Origin: Cyanophora paradoxa CCMP329
Taxonomy: Eukaryota > Plantae > Glaucophyta
Assembly: GCA_004431415.1 (NCBI GenBank)
Contig: QPMI01000201.1
Location: 50,998-114,997 of the forward strand
Direction of reading: 5' to 3'
Length of the DNA stretch: 64,000 nucleotides
Under the pieces are notes generated by a model. The model did no database searches, had not been told where the DNA came from, and was given only the letters and a program-made list of their open reading frames with translations. Position 1 is the stretch's first letter, and every line of letters begins with the position of its first letter. This document shows positions 13,743-27,092 of the stretch, in pieces. The position numbers and the translations under genes are program-made.

Positions 13743-13916
13743 GATCGAGTGCCCTGGCGCGGATCGAGCCTTCAGCGGAGCGAGTCAGAGCGAGGTCGCG
13801 GTACCCCGGGAAGTTCGTCGCAGCGACGTCGCTGCGACGTCGCAAAGGAGTTCGAGGGCCGCGCAACTCGCCAAGAGCGTGTTCGTGAAGCAGCGGAAGT
13901 CCGCCCAGGCTTCAGG

Positions 13917-16900
13917 ATGGCCTACCACTACGTGGTCACGGCGCACAAGCCGACGAATGTGACACACTCCGTCGTCGGCAACTTCACAGGCCCTGATGAG
14001 AACAATCTCATCATCGCGTACGCTACCAATGCGCTCGCAGGCTCCCGCGCTCACTTCCGCGCTCGCAGCAAGTGCACACGGCTCGAGGTGCACAGACTCA
14101 CGCTCGAAGGGCTGTCGCCCGTGCTCGACACAGCGATCTACGGGCGGATCTCAATCCTCGAACTCTTCCGGCCGCCCGTGCGCCGAACGCTGAAACCCCA
14201 CCCGCGTTCCCGCGGCTGAGTGCCGCGCCGCGGGCTCACCTGCGGCCGCGCAGAACGAGAATCAGGACCTGTTGTTCATCGTTACAGAGCGGTACAAGAC
14301 CTGTCTGCTTGCGTACGACCCCAAGACGAAGGAGATCGTAACCAGGGCCTCCGGCGATGTGATGGGTGCGCCGCGGCGGCCGCGCGCGCTCCCAAGCGTG
14401 TGCGCTCAACCATTCTTGCAGATCGCATCGGGCGGCCGACGGACTCCGGGCACATAGGGCTCGTAGACCCGGACAAGCGCGTGATCTGCCTGCACCTGTA
14501 CGACGGGCTCCTCAAGGTCATCCCCATCGATCCGAAAGGAAACCTAAAGGAAGCGTACAACATCCGGTGAGCGGGGCCGCGCGGCGGCGGCGCTGCGGCG
14601 GGGCGCGAGGCGGCGCGGGGCGCAGGCTGGAGGAGCTGCACGTGGTGGACATCAAGTTCCTCCACGGGTGCCCCGGCCGGCCGACCATCTGCGTGCTCTA
14701 CCAGGACACCAAGGAGGCGCGCCACCTCAAGACCTACGAGATCAACCTCAAGGCGCGCCCCGCGCCCCGCCCCCTCGCCGCACCGCGCCGGCGCGCCTGA
14801 CGGCGGGCGCGGCGCAGGAGAAGGATTTCAGCGACGGGCCGTGGCGGCAGCCGAACGTTGAGTCGGGCACCTCCCTCGTCATCCCCATCCCCTCCCCCTT
14901 CGGTCCGCCCCGCGCCCCGGCAACGTCGCCGGCGCCGGCGCCGGCGTCGGAGCGCCGCTGACGCACGCCGGTGCAGGCGGCGTCGTAATCGTCGGAGAAC
15001 AGACGATCACGTACCTGGATGGCACGCACCAGCACAGGTGCCGCCCAGCCCCGCCGCGCCCCGCCGCGCCCGCCCCGCTGAACTTGTCCGGGGCGCGCAG
15101 CCGGTCGATCTCGATGAAGCCGACGCAGGTGAAGGCGTGGGGCATGGTCGATCCCGACGGCTCCCGCATCCTCCTCGTCCGCCCCGCCCCGCGCGCCCCG
15201 CGCGGTGCGCGCCGCCGACGCCCGGGCGCAGGGGGACCACAACGGGAGCATGTGCGTGCTCGTCCTGCAGCACGACGACTCCAAGGTCGCGCGACCGGCG
15301 GGGGGCTCCGGCCTGCGCTGAGGCGGGGCGGGGCGGGGCGGGCAGGTCGCGGACATCAAGCTGGAGCTGCTGGGGGAGACGTCGATCCCGTCGACGATCA
15401 CGTACCTGGACAACGGCGTCGTCTTCGTCGGCTCCTCCTTCGGCGACTCCCAGCTCGTCAAGCTCAACTCCGACAAGGACCAGTACGGCGCGCCCGCCCG
15501 CCCGCCCGCCCGCCGCCCTCCCCGGCCGCCCCCGCCGCCCCCGCTGCCGCCTCGTGACGTGTCCTGCGGCGCAGGCTCGCACGTGGAGGTGCTGGAGACG
15601 TACACGAACCTGGGGCCCATCTCCGACTTCTGCGTCGTCGACCTCGAGCGTCAGGGCCAGGGCCAGGCCCGCCCCCCCGCCGCCCGCCGCCCGCCCGCCG
15701 GTGCCGCGGTCCCGCCCGCCTGACGCGCGGCGCGGCAGGTGGTGACGTGCTCGGGGGCGATGAAGGACGGGAGCCTGCGGGTCGTGCGGAACGGGATCGG
15801 GATCAACGAGCTCTCGGCGGCGGAGCAGCCGGGGATCAAGGGGATGTGGAGCCTGCGGGCGAGCAGCGGGGCGGTGCACGACACGTACCTCGTGCAGGCC
15901 TTCATCGGGGACACGCGCGTGCTGGGCCTCACCGGCGAGGAGCTCTCCGAGGCCGAGATCCCCGGCTTCGCATCGGACGAGGCGACCCTCTACTGCGGCA
16001 ACGTCGAGCCCGACATGTGGCTCCAGGCCACCGGCTCCTCGGTCCGCCTCATCGCGTGCGCCAGCCAGCAGGTCGTCAACCAGTGGACCCCGCCGCCCGG
16101 CCTCAAGATCAACGTCGCCGCCGCCAACGCCACCCAGGTCCCCGCCCCGCCCCGCCCCGCCCCCGACCCGCCCCCGCCCCGCCGGCGCCCCGCGGCGCCC
16201 GACGCGGCGCAGGCGGTGGTGGCGACGGGTGGGGGCAACCTCGTCTACTTCGAGATCGAGGGCGGCAAGCTCGTCGAGAAGAAGTGCGCCCCGCGCCGCC
16301 CCGCTGCCGGCGCTCTCGGCTCCCCCGCCCTCCTCCTCTGACGGCGGCGGCGGCGGGGCAGGCACGTGAAGCTGGAGCACGAGATCGCCTGCGTGAACGT
16401 CAACCCCCTCGGGGACTCCGAGGCCCGCGCCCCCTTCGTCGCCGTCGGCGCGCCCCGCCCCGCCCCGCCTGCCTCCCCGCGCGCCCCCGCGGGGCTGACG
16501 CCGGGGCAGGGATGTGGACGGACCACACCCTGCGCGTCTACTCCCTCCCGGACCTCGCACTCCGCGCCAAGGAGCCCCTCGGCGGCGGTGCGCACGGCCG
16601 GCCGGCTCCGCCCCGCCCCCGCCCGGCGCCGTGTCCGACGCACGCGCTCGCTCGGGCAGAGACGCTGCCGCGCTCTGTGCTCTTCGCGGCGTTCGAGGGG
16701 GCGCCCTACCTCCTCTGCGCCCTCGGCGACGGCCACCTCTTCAACTTCCTCCTCGACCCCGTCCGCCCGCCCCCGCCCCCGCCCCGCCCCGCCCCGTCCC
16801 GGGGCCGACGCGGCGCGCGCGGTTGGGGCGGGGCAGGCGACGGGCCAGCTCTCGGAGCGGAAGAAGGTGTCGCTGGGGACGCAGCCTATCCTCCTCTCGA

Positions 16901-18250
16901 CGTTCCGCTCGAAGAGCACGACGCACGTCTTCGCGGCGTCGGACCGGCCGACGGTCATCTACTCCTCGAACCGCAAGCTCCTCTACTCGAACGTCAACCT
17001 CAAGGAGGTGACGCACATGTGCGCCTTCAACAGCGAGGCCTTCCCCGAGTGCCTCGCCGTCGCCTCCGAGGCCGGCTTCTCCATCGGCACCATCGACGAG
17101 ATCCAGAAGCTCCACATCCGCACCGTCCCCCTCCACGAGCAGCCGCGCCGCATCGCCCACCAGGAGGCCTCCCGCACCTTCGGGCTCCTCACCCTCCGCT
17201 ACGGCGCCGAGGGCCCGGCCGGCGAGGACGCCGAGACCGGCTTCTTCCGCGTCCTCGACGACACCTCGTTCGAGCGTGCGCGCCGCCCCGGCCCCCGCCC
17301 CGCCCCCCTGCCCGACGCCGGCCTCGCCGCGGCGCAGCGCGCTTCACGCGGGAGCTGGACCCGTTCGAGCAGGGCTGCTCCATCGCCTCGTGCTCCTTCG
17401 GGGAGGGCGCGCAGCAGTACTACGTCGTGGGCACGGCGTACGCGATCCCCGAGGAGACGGAGCCGACCAAGGGCCGCATTCTCGTCTTCGCCCTCGTGGA
17501 CGGCAAGCTCCTCGAGGTGGCGCAGCGCGAGACCAAGGGCGCCGTCTACTCGCTGCAGCCGTTCAACGGGAAGCTGCTGGCGGGGATCAACTCGAAGGTG
17601 CAGATCTTCCGGTGGTCGGAGCGGGAGGACGGGCAGCACGAGCTGGAGCCCGAGTGCGGGCACCACGGGCACATCCTCGCCCTCTACATGCAGTCCCGCG
17701 GCGACTTCATCGTCGTCGGCGACCTCATGAAGTCCATCTCCCTCCTCCGTCCGCCCCGCCCCGCCCCGCCCCGCCCCGCCGCGCCCCGCACCCCGCGCTT
17801 CGCCCACGCTGCCCCGCCGCAGTGTACAAGTCGATGGACCAGACGATCGAGGAGATCGCGCGCGACTACTCCGCCAGCTGGATGACCGCCGTCGAGGGCC
17901 CGCCCCTCCGCCCCCCCGCCCCACCCCGCCGGCGCCGCGCGCCGCGCCGGGCCTGACGTCGGGGCGCGCAGTGCTGGACGACGACGTGTTCATCGGGGCG
18001 GAGAACTCGTTCAACCTCTTCACGGTGCGCCGCAACGCCGAGGCGCCGACGGACGAGGAGCGCGCCCGCCTCGAGATCGTCGGCGAGTACCACCTCGGCG
18101 AGTTCGTCAACCGCTTCCGCCACGGTCCGCCCCGCCCCCCCGCCCGCCCCCAGACCGACCGCAGCTCTCTTCCCGCTGCCCCCACTCGCTTGCCATCGCT
18201 GAGCGCCCGCCCCCCAGGCTCCCTCGTGATGCGGCTGCCCGAGTCCGAGT

Positions 18251-18283
<33 letters not shown>

Positions 18284-18713
18284 GGCCCTCCGGGGCGGCG
18301 GCGGGCCCCTCGCAGCTGCCGACGCTGATCTACGGGACGGTGAACGGGGTGATCGGCGTGGTGGCGACGCTGCCGGCGGAGCAGTTCGCGTTCCTGCAGC
18401 GGGTGCAGACGGCGATGGCCAAGGCGGTGCGGGGCGTGGGCGGCTTCGCGCACGAGCACTGGCGCTCCTTCTCGAACGAGCGGAAGACGGTCGAGGCGCG
18501 GGGCTACCTCGACGGCGACCTCATCGAGCTCTTCTCCGACATCAAGCGGCCCGCCCCGCCCCTCTCATCCGCCCCCTCCTCTTCTTCTCCGCGAGGCTTC
18601 GCTGAGGCGCCGGGGGCGGGCGCAGGCCGCAGCAGGAGGAGGTGGCGGCGGCCGTCGGCCTCTCCGTCGAGGAGCTCTCCAAGCGCATCGAGGAGCTCAC
18701 CCGCACCCACTGA
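13917..18713 (+). CDS. DDB1: DNA damage-binding protein 1 (22 exons by manual splicing)
   Basis: [14 protein letters not shown]...[68 protein letters not shown]. Confidence 0.97.
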
Positions 18714-19643
18714 GGCCCCGCCCCCCCCGCGCCCCTCCCTTCTGCCCCGGCCCCCCACCCCCCGCCCCCGCCCCGCCCCGCCCCGCCCCGCCCCGGCCGG
18801 CACCTCGCCGACCCCCTCCCCGCCCCGCTTCTTGGGCGGGCCCGGCCCCGCGTGTACATGTTTGATTTCAAGAGTCCATCCCTGTCATTCGAAGCGCTCG
18901 TCACTTCGTGGGTGAAGGGCCGAACTAACGGTTCTGCTGCACTGCGGCAGTGTCGCATAGATCATCGGATCATTAAAATTATTGAATTACAGGTTAAATA
19001 GATACTATGATATCGATACATTATTTATTAAACTCATTTTTGATCGCACATGGGGACGAAACAGAATTTAAATAGCAACCTTCTTCAGTTCTAGATTCTA
19101 GATCTAGAGCGAGCTCAAGCTACATTGCCGCAGTGTGAGTTGGAGCTGGGGTTCCACACACACATCTTGGACGCCTGGCGATAGCCCTCGGGCACCACCA
19201 CGGATCCGGAGGTAGCCGTCGAGCGCCGGTAGGGCAGCTTGTGCGCATAGATCACCACGCCTGCGACCGCACGCCGTGACGCGTATCATGATCAAAATAT
19301 TGGCACATGTCAGACGGTCAGACTCTCCGAAACGGGCGCTGATTCTATATCTGGTATTATTCTGCACCTCCGTAGTTCGCGTAGAGGACGTTTTGTGCGC
19401 TGCTCACAGCCAGCCCGTAGTGTGGGCTCGACACTTCGAAGCCCGCGAAATCGTCGGCCGACCGCCTATCATAGTATTCCGGCCGTCGTCGTTCAGCCGC
19501 GCGCCCGCGGCGGCAAGGAAATCTAAAGCCAGAAAATTCAACTGCACGCACGCAGTGGTAACTGCCTCATCGGTCATCTCCACTCCCGAACTGCGAGGGC
19601 GCCCCGCAGATTGAGGACAAGCCGCAATGAGGCCTATATACAG

Positions 19644-21501
19644 CTAGGCATTGCCGGCGGACCGGTTGAAAACGCGTATCCCATCCGCCTCGACGTAGAG
19701 GCGCCAGAAGCCCGTCGACACGTTGCCCACAATTGCAATGCCGTCTATCGCTGTCCAGGGCACCGATAGAAACACGGTCGAGGTGTTTGCGACGACGTCC
19801 ACCTGCCCCGGCCCGCGCCAATCACTTTTTTGGGGGGGGAGCGGGGGGCGGGGGCCCGGGGAAGGATGCAGAGAGAGAGGGGGGGGAGGGGGGGGAGGGG
19901 AGGAGGGGAGGGAGGGAGGAGGAGAGGGGCAGGGGGGGGGGGGGGAAGGGAGGTGGAGGAGGGGGCGGGGGGAGGGATGCAGGGGGTGGGGGTGGGGGGG
20001 GGGGGGGGCGGGCGGGCCCAAGAGGGGGATCACCAAGTAAACTTTTTCAGTATCGCTTCCCACGTACAGTTTTCCGCTGTCAAAGGGGTCCGCGACGATG
20101 CCACCGAACGTGGGCCGAGAGAACCGTTGCATTGAGTAGTCAAGAACGGTTACATTGCGGGTCTCCGTGCCTGACACTGTAGGTGAGAGATGGAATTCGA
20201 AGAAGGGCAAAAATATCACCATCAGGGTTCGACTCCCACACTTGGGGGTACTGCAACGTCCCATCTAGCGTGAACCAGCTGCGAGCGTAGTAGACCTTGT
20301 TCCGCTGCGAAACGTACACGACGGAGCGGGCTTCGCCGGTATCGTGGCCGAAGCCATCGCCCGGAGGGGGATTCGGCAGCTTCGTGACGGAGCCCGAGTC
20401 GAGGTCGAGCACTCGCAGTCCCTGCGTGAAGGTGCGCGTGCGCCTCGGACCGTCGGAACAGCGCATATCATGCATATCGTGGCGCACGGGTGCCAGGAAG
20501 AACTGCCGCCCCGGGCCCCGCGAGAGGCCGGTGGTGATCGCACCGCCAGCGTCGGAGAGGACGCTGGCGTGGCACGAGGCGTTCACGCTGGGCGCGGATT
20601 CAAATGTAAGCATACGTTGCTATCAGCGAGATAGCAATAGCTATAGCTATAGGCACCGGAAGATGGCGGGGTTGGTGCCCACGATGAGGTCGCTCTGCGG
20701 GTCCGCGGGGTCCACCAGCTCCAGCGCTGCTCGCGCAGATCATCAGATCAGATCAAACAGAAGGGGAAACTGAAGTGCTAGTCGGGTGGGATCATCGCGA
20801 TCGGATCATTGGCAGGGGATGAGCCGAGAGGCCCCGGGCCCCAGCCGCGGGGGGGGAGGGGGGGGGGAGGGGGGGGGGGGGGCAAGCTTAAGGGGTGAGC
20901 ACCGCACGCGTACGCGAACCAATTATATGGACGAAGAAGGCGTTCGATCCAGTGCCTGAGCGTTCTAGATCAATGTTTGCTCATGATCATTAGCGAACTT
21001 GAACTTTCATAATGTCATTTTTTCAAGCGTGCGCGCAGCTGGCCATGGCCATATGCATGGCCCAGTGGTGCACATGTACATGTACCTTCTTGAACAATAG
21101 TAGTGCCTCCAGTGTCTGATGCGGCAAGAAAGTCTCATCAGTCATGGAAAGCTTCGAAATCTCGCGCGTGCCCGCGGCCGATCGGCGAGCTCACTGGGAC
21201 GGCCAACGCAGTAGCGAGAGGTCCCGGCGGGCATGGAGTCGGGCTCCGCAGGCATGGAAAGTAGGCCACGGCCTGCATGTGTACATGTACATGACATGAG
21301 CAGGAGCATGTGATTATGAGCATGACATCGCCCGGTCGACGTCGCGGGCGGCGTTAGCGTATAACATGAACGTTCCGCGCAGGCAGGAGCACCTTTGGTT
21401 TCGGTTGCACTTGCTGAAGCGCCGTATATTGCAATCGCGCTGGTCACGATCAGAAGCACGTGTACAGCCAACTCTGCAGGCGCTGCTCTTTTGGCTGCCA
21501 T
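19644..21501 (-). CDS. Putative secreted beta-propeller-like protein (model uncertain, possibly degenerate)
   Basis: Hydrophobic signal-like N-terminus (VHVLLIVTSAIAIYGASASA). Beta-rich exons such as LRVLDLDSGSVTKL, VVYVSQRNKVYY and GIVADPFDSGKLYVGS join in frame at plausible GT-AG sites. Confidence 0.4.
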
Positions 21502-21746
21502 CTCGGTAAAGAGTCCGTGCTCGACGCTAACGATCTGTGCCCAAGATTTCTTCTATGCGTGCATCCACCTGAGCCTGAGCCCTGGCCGAGCCTCTACCCC
21601 TACAGCCGCACCGTGACACCGTCGTACCGTCGCACAAGTCGCACCGTCGTCGCACGTACCGTCGCACGATGCCGCTGCACGATGTCATGCACAGCCGACA
21701 GACAAATTCAGACCAGACGACATGTACATGCACAGCCGACATGCAC

Positions 21747-22182
21747 AGTCGATGGACCAGACCATCGAGGAGATCGCGCGCGACTACTCCGCCAGCTGGA
21801 TGACCGCCGTCGAGGTCGCGCCCCGCCCCCCCGGCCGCGGCCCGCCCGTCCGCCCCGCCCGCCGGCGCCGCGCTGTTCCGGGCCTGACGGCGGGGCGCGC
21901 AGTGCTGGACGACGACGTGTTCATCGGGGCGGAGAACTCGTTCAACCTCTTCACCGTGCGCCGCAACGCCGAGGCGCCGACCGTCGGACGGACGAGGAGC
22001 GCGCCCGCCTCGAGATCGTCGGCGAGTTCCACCTCGGCGAGTTCGTCAACCGCTTCCGCCACGGTCCGCCCCGCCCCCCCGCCCGCCCCCAGACCGACCG
22101 CAGCTCTCTTCCCGCTTCCCGCTGGGCGGGCCCGGCCCCACGTGTACATGTTTGATTTCAAGAGCCCATCCCTATTCGAAGC
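21747..22182 (+). pseudogene. Partial genomic duplicate of the DDB1 3' region
   Basis: Near-identical to 17829-~18177 (intron retained), fused to the 3' flank ~18823-18896. Has an 8-bp frameshifting insertion at ~21981. Confidence 0.92.
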
Positions 22183-22942
22183 CGCCGGGCCGCTGAGCGC
22201 TGACTGACGGGCCCGGCCCGACTGACGTCGACCCCGATTAACGTTCTGCTGCATGATAGGTGTCGCGTAAGAGGCCGGGGGCCCGGCCCCCGGCGGCGCC
22301 GGGCCGCGGGCGAGGCATCGTGGCATCAACGCGACACTGCGTGGCACGCATGATGGCCGGCGCCATGGCCGCGGGCATGCGCACTGCAGCATGCTCGGAG
22401 GACATCAGATCTTTTCAAGTTTGGGCCACTGGGCCATTGCATTTTGATCATCAGATCATCAAATCATAAGGTCGATATCTATGTACATAAATGTTTGCAT
22501 TTTGTTTGCCTACCATGGTACTAGGCAACAGACTCAGAGAGACGGGTCATGGCCGTAGCCAAGACGAATCATAGCTAGAGAGACTCAAAGCTTGGTAATC
22601 ACAGGGAACTCTGACGGGCCTCTAGATCTTCTAATGGCCTGTGGCTTGAAACGCAATCACGCCAAGCGCGAATCGGAATTCGGAAAAGCGAGCGAATCGA
22701 TGAACATGCCTCTGACGCGGCTCCAGCAGGCGGAACCCGCGACCTAAATACAAACAAACATATCTATACCCCAGTAGAACACTGCACATACCCAGCCGCG
22801 AAACTACACGCACAACCCCACTGACGAACCCTCCAAAGGAAACTGCCGAACGCTATGCGCAGAAACTTGGTGCGCGAAAGCCGAAGAAGACAATTCCAAG
22901 CTGAAAATTTGGAAACGCGAGCGAGCGGGCCCCCCGAGGGGC

Positions 22943-23989
22943 TCAGAAGCGGAGCCGGCTCTTCTCGGCGCTGTTGCGGCGGCCCAGGGACCCGGGGGAG
23001 TCGAGGGGCCCGCTGGGCCGGCGCACGCTGGGGCTCGGCACGGGCGAGCTGGCGGCGCTGGCCACGCAGCTGCCGGGGCCCGGGAGCACGGCGGCGAGCG
23101 TGCCGCGGATGTTCAGCTCGGCGTCCCAGTTGCCCTCCTCCTCGGGGGGCGCCGCCTGCTGCGCCCCCCGGGCGTCCCCCGGCAGCCGCCCGTTCCACAG
23201 GTACGTCCGCATCACCCCCTCCTTGCCCTTCACCTCGATGTCGCCCCGGCAGACCTGCAGAGCCGTCAGCCAAAGAGGAGGAGGTCTGTCATAAGGTCCC
23301 GAAGAAGCGCGCGTGCGGACCCAGTCGTACTTGTCGGAGAGGAGCTGGTAGGTGGCGGCCGAGGCCTGGATGCGCCCTGGGACCCCCGCGCTCTCCATCC
23401 GCGACGCCACGTTCACCGTGTCGCCCCTGCCGCCCCGTGAGCCGCGCCGCGGCGCCCCGCCCCGCGGCGTCGCCGCGCACCAGAGGTCGTAGAGGAACTT
23501 GGTGGAGCCGATGACGCCGGCCACGACGGGGCCCGAGTGCACCCCCACCCGCACGCTGATCTCCGTCCCGAACCGCCTGCCCCGCCCCGCCCCGCCCCGC
23601 TCGAATCCCGCGCAGCAGAGGGGAGGGAGAGCGTCGGGGCGCACCGGTTGAAGGCGGCGATGACCTGGACGGTGGCGATCGCGAACTCGATGGCGACGTC
23701 GGCGTGGTCGGGCCGCCGCGCCGGCACCCCCGCCGCCGCCATGTAGCAGTCCCCGATCGTCTGCGCCGCGGGGCGGACCCTCAGCCGCGGAGCGGAGCAG
23801 GCAGGGCGGCGGCGGCGCTGGGCCCCGCACCTTTATCTTCTCGCAGCCGGCGCGGGCGCAGACGTGGTCGAGGCGGGAGAAGATGCGGTTCAGCATCTGC
23901 ACGACCTCCGAGGCCGAAAGCTTCGAGGAGAGCGCCGTGAACCCTGCCGGCCGTCGTGTTGGCGGCCGGTCGGACGCGCCGCCGTGGAT

Positions 23990-24020
<31 letters not shown>

Positions 24021-26699
24021 CGGGGCTGGGGGCGGACCGACGATGTCGGCGAAGACGATCGTGGTCTCCTCGAAGAGGTCGGCGAGCGGGTTGCTGTCCG
24101 TCAGCAGCTTCGCCACGACGCTCTCCGGCAGCGTGTTCTTCAGCAGCCGGTCCGCTGCCCCCGCGCGCCGCGATGAGCGGCGCGAGCGCGGCGGGGCGGG
24201 GCGGGGCGAGGGCGGGCGCACCGAGCTGCTTCTCGCGGCGGACCTTCTGCTCGGAGACGCGGAGGGCCTGGCGGCCGCGCCACTGTGCGAGGACGGCCTC
24301 CATCGCCGCGGCGAAGCGCGCGAGGTAGAGGCGGATCTCGTCGTTGAAGAGCCGCCGCGGGTCCGAGCTGAAGGCCCCCAGGTACGCGAACGGCTCCGCC
24401 CCCGCCCCGCCCTCCCCCATCACCGCCGCCACCGCTGCGCAGCGCCGCTCAGACGCCGCTCTCTGTCGTTCGGGAAGGGCGGGGCGGGGCGGGGCGGGCG
24501 GACCGCCCGAATTGGCACCGGCGGCGAGGAGGGCGGCGGGGACGGCGAAGCGGATCTCGCGGCCGGTGTCGGCGATGTGCACGCTCCGCTCGGGGGCCGC
24601 GGCGACGAAGGCCGCCATGGTGCCGGGGCCCAGCGGCAGGCCCCGCTCCCCGCTGCCCCGCCGCGCCGGGGCCGTCGTCGCCACGAGTCCGCCCGAGTGC
24701 AGCTTGGGGCGCGGCGCCGGCTCGGCCTCGTCCCCAACCTCCTCCTCCTCCTCGTCCTCCCCGGCCGGCGCCGGGTCCGCTTGCCGCGTGCGCGTGCGCA
24801 TGGGCAGCGAGGCGGGGCCGGAGGAGGAGGAGGAGGAGGGCCCGGGGGCATGGGGCCGGGCGCGGCCGGCGGAGGCGGGCCCGCGGGCGAAGACGCCGTG
24901 GGCGAGGAAGAGAAAGTCGGCCTCGAGCACCTCCTGCGGCCCCGGGCGCGTCAGCGCCCGCGCCCGCGCCCGCCCCGCCCCGCTCGGCCCCGCCGCCGGC
25001 CGGCCGACCTGGAGGGTGGAGGCGGCGAGGTCGAGGACCTCGTCGGCGAGGTCGAGGGCCATCGCGTGGCGCGAGAAGGCCGCGATGCTCTCCTCCTGGC
25101 GCGAGCGGAAGAGCAGGTGCTTCCCCGCCGCGAAGAGCTCGATCTCCCGCACCACTGCCGGGGCGGGCGGGGCGGGCCCCACGCTCAGCGGAGGAGGGCG
25201 GCGGGGCGGGGCGGGACGGGGCGGGGCGCACCGACGGCGGCGAGGTCCTTGAGGCGGGCGACCTCCACAGGGGCGAGCTCCCGTGGCCTCCGGTCGATGA
25301 TGCACAGCGTCCCCAGGTTCGTCCCGTTCGCCGCCCGCAGCGGCGCCCCCGCGTACTGCGCACGCGCACGCCCGCCGTCGGTCCGGCGCCGGCTCCGCGG
25401 CGGGAGGCGGCGGCGGCGGCGGCGGGCGCACGAATCGGATGAAGGGGTCCCCGGTGACGAGCGCTGCGGGCGGGCTTCGGGTCGGCTCCGGGCGGGAGAG
25501 GGCGGGGAGGGGCGGGCGGGCGGGCGGGGCGGACGGTTGTTGGCGAAGCGCCAGTCCTGGGTCGCGTCATTGATGATCAATGCGTTGCTGTCCTTCTGCA
25601 GGATCGCGTGCCTGCACAGCGCCAGGCCCCGGGGGCGTCGGCCTCGGCCCTCGCCCCGCGAGGCCGGTCGGGGGCGGCCGGGCGGCCGGGGGAAACGGAC
25701 CCGCAGAAGGAGATGTCGCGGCCCGTCTCGAAGCACCCGAGGCCCTCGACGGCCTTGAACCACTGCCGGTTCGCGTCCACCAGCGAGACCAGCGCGATCG
25801 GCACCTGGAAGAGCCCCTTGGCCATCTGCACGATCCTGCGCCGCGCCGCGCCCCGCCCGCTCACGCCCGCTCGCCCCGGGGCCAGGCCAGGCCCGGCCCG
25901 GCCCGCGCGGGCGGGCGGCGCCCCGCACCTCGAGAAGTTGTTGTCGAGGCCCGAGTCCAGGATGTTGTAGGCCCAGAGGGTCTGCAGGGCGGGGCGGGGC
26001 GTCTCAGGCGCCGGCGGCAGCGCGGGGCTCGGGCGGCGGCGGCGGCGCGAGCGCGCCTTGATCCGTTCCTCCTCGTTGTCCGGGACGGGCGGGGCGAGGA
26101 ACTCGTCGAAGCGCTCCAAGCCCTCGGGCATCGGCGGCGGCTCCGAGCCTGGGAGCGCCAACGTCCGTGAGGCGGCGGACTGAGGCGGCGGGGCGAGGGC
26201 GAGACGCACTCACGCCGACGCCGCGGGCGTACGAGGCGACGAACTCCTTGACGCGGGAAGAGGTGCGGACGAGCTGCACAAGATGCTCAAGGTTGGCCCC
26301 CTTCGACATCTGGCCAAAGTAGAGCGAGGCCCGGAACTCTCTGTTCGTGCTCCGGCTCGCCCGCAGCTCCCGCGCCCGCGGCGACTCCCCGTCTGAATCA
26401 TCGGTCGATCGTGCCGACGCCCGCGGCGGCAGGCTCGCCACCAGTAGCTCCCCGTTCGGCAAGTTGGGGTCTGACGGCACGTGCGGCTCCGCCTTGGGCC
26501 GCAGCTCCGGCGTGTGGCTACCAGTTGAGCTACCCGCCGCCAGGCCCAGATGGACGGTCTGCACCGCCAATGCGGAGCTGGGCTGGCGGACCGCGTGCGC
26601 CTCGTCAGAATCGTGCGCGAGCTTTGCGGAGCCCGCCGGATTCCGAGCGGATGGCGAGGCTGCTCTTACGCCGCTCCGGCTGCTGCAGGCGGCGCCCAT
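22943..26699 (-). CDS. GAF-domain class III adenylate cyclase (soluble, probably N-acylated)
   Basis: GAF motifs: EEERIK, VPIALVSLVD..RQWFK, RDISFCGHAI, D.RFANNP, YAGAPL...GTLCIIDRRPR. Cyclase motifs: IVFADIVGFT, EKIKTIGDCYM, YDLWGDTVNVASRMES. The K/D specifiers indicate ATP. N-terminus MGAACS. Confidence 0.9.
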
Positions 26700-27092
26700 C
26701 GAGGCTGATGATTGAGCACGTCAAGCAGAAGAGGTCGGGTGCCGGTCCGGGGTCTCCTTCGCGTCCACCGCGAAACGCTCCACTCCCGTCAAGGCCGCGC
26801 CGGTCGGGTCAGCGCGGTGCGTGCGGCACAAAAGAGAGCTTCCAATCACAAGCTGATTCTAAAGACCCCCAAAAGTGAAGGCGATCAGCCGCCGGTGCTG
26901 CTGCGCGCGATCCACCGTGCTGGCGCGATCCAGATGACCGCAGTCCACGCTTAGCTGGTCGGAAGCACGCGCTCCGGCCCCGGCCCGCGATGCCTGTGTG
27001 CGGCGTCGACACGCGTACGCGTAGGCGCTGCTCTCGGCCAGGCTGCTGCCGGCGGGAGGCCAGCCTCACTGAGTCAGCCGCAGGCCCGCAGC

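Noticed and set aside
19828-20010. G-tracts as a functional element or proline-rich ORF
   Set aside because: Low-complexity intronic sequence; similar tracts occur at ~20850, ~23990 and ~49430.
18960-22900. Helitron or Pack-type element capturing DDB1
   Set aside because: No convincing termini, hairpin, TIR or TSD found by eye.
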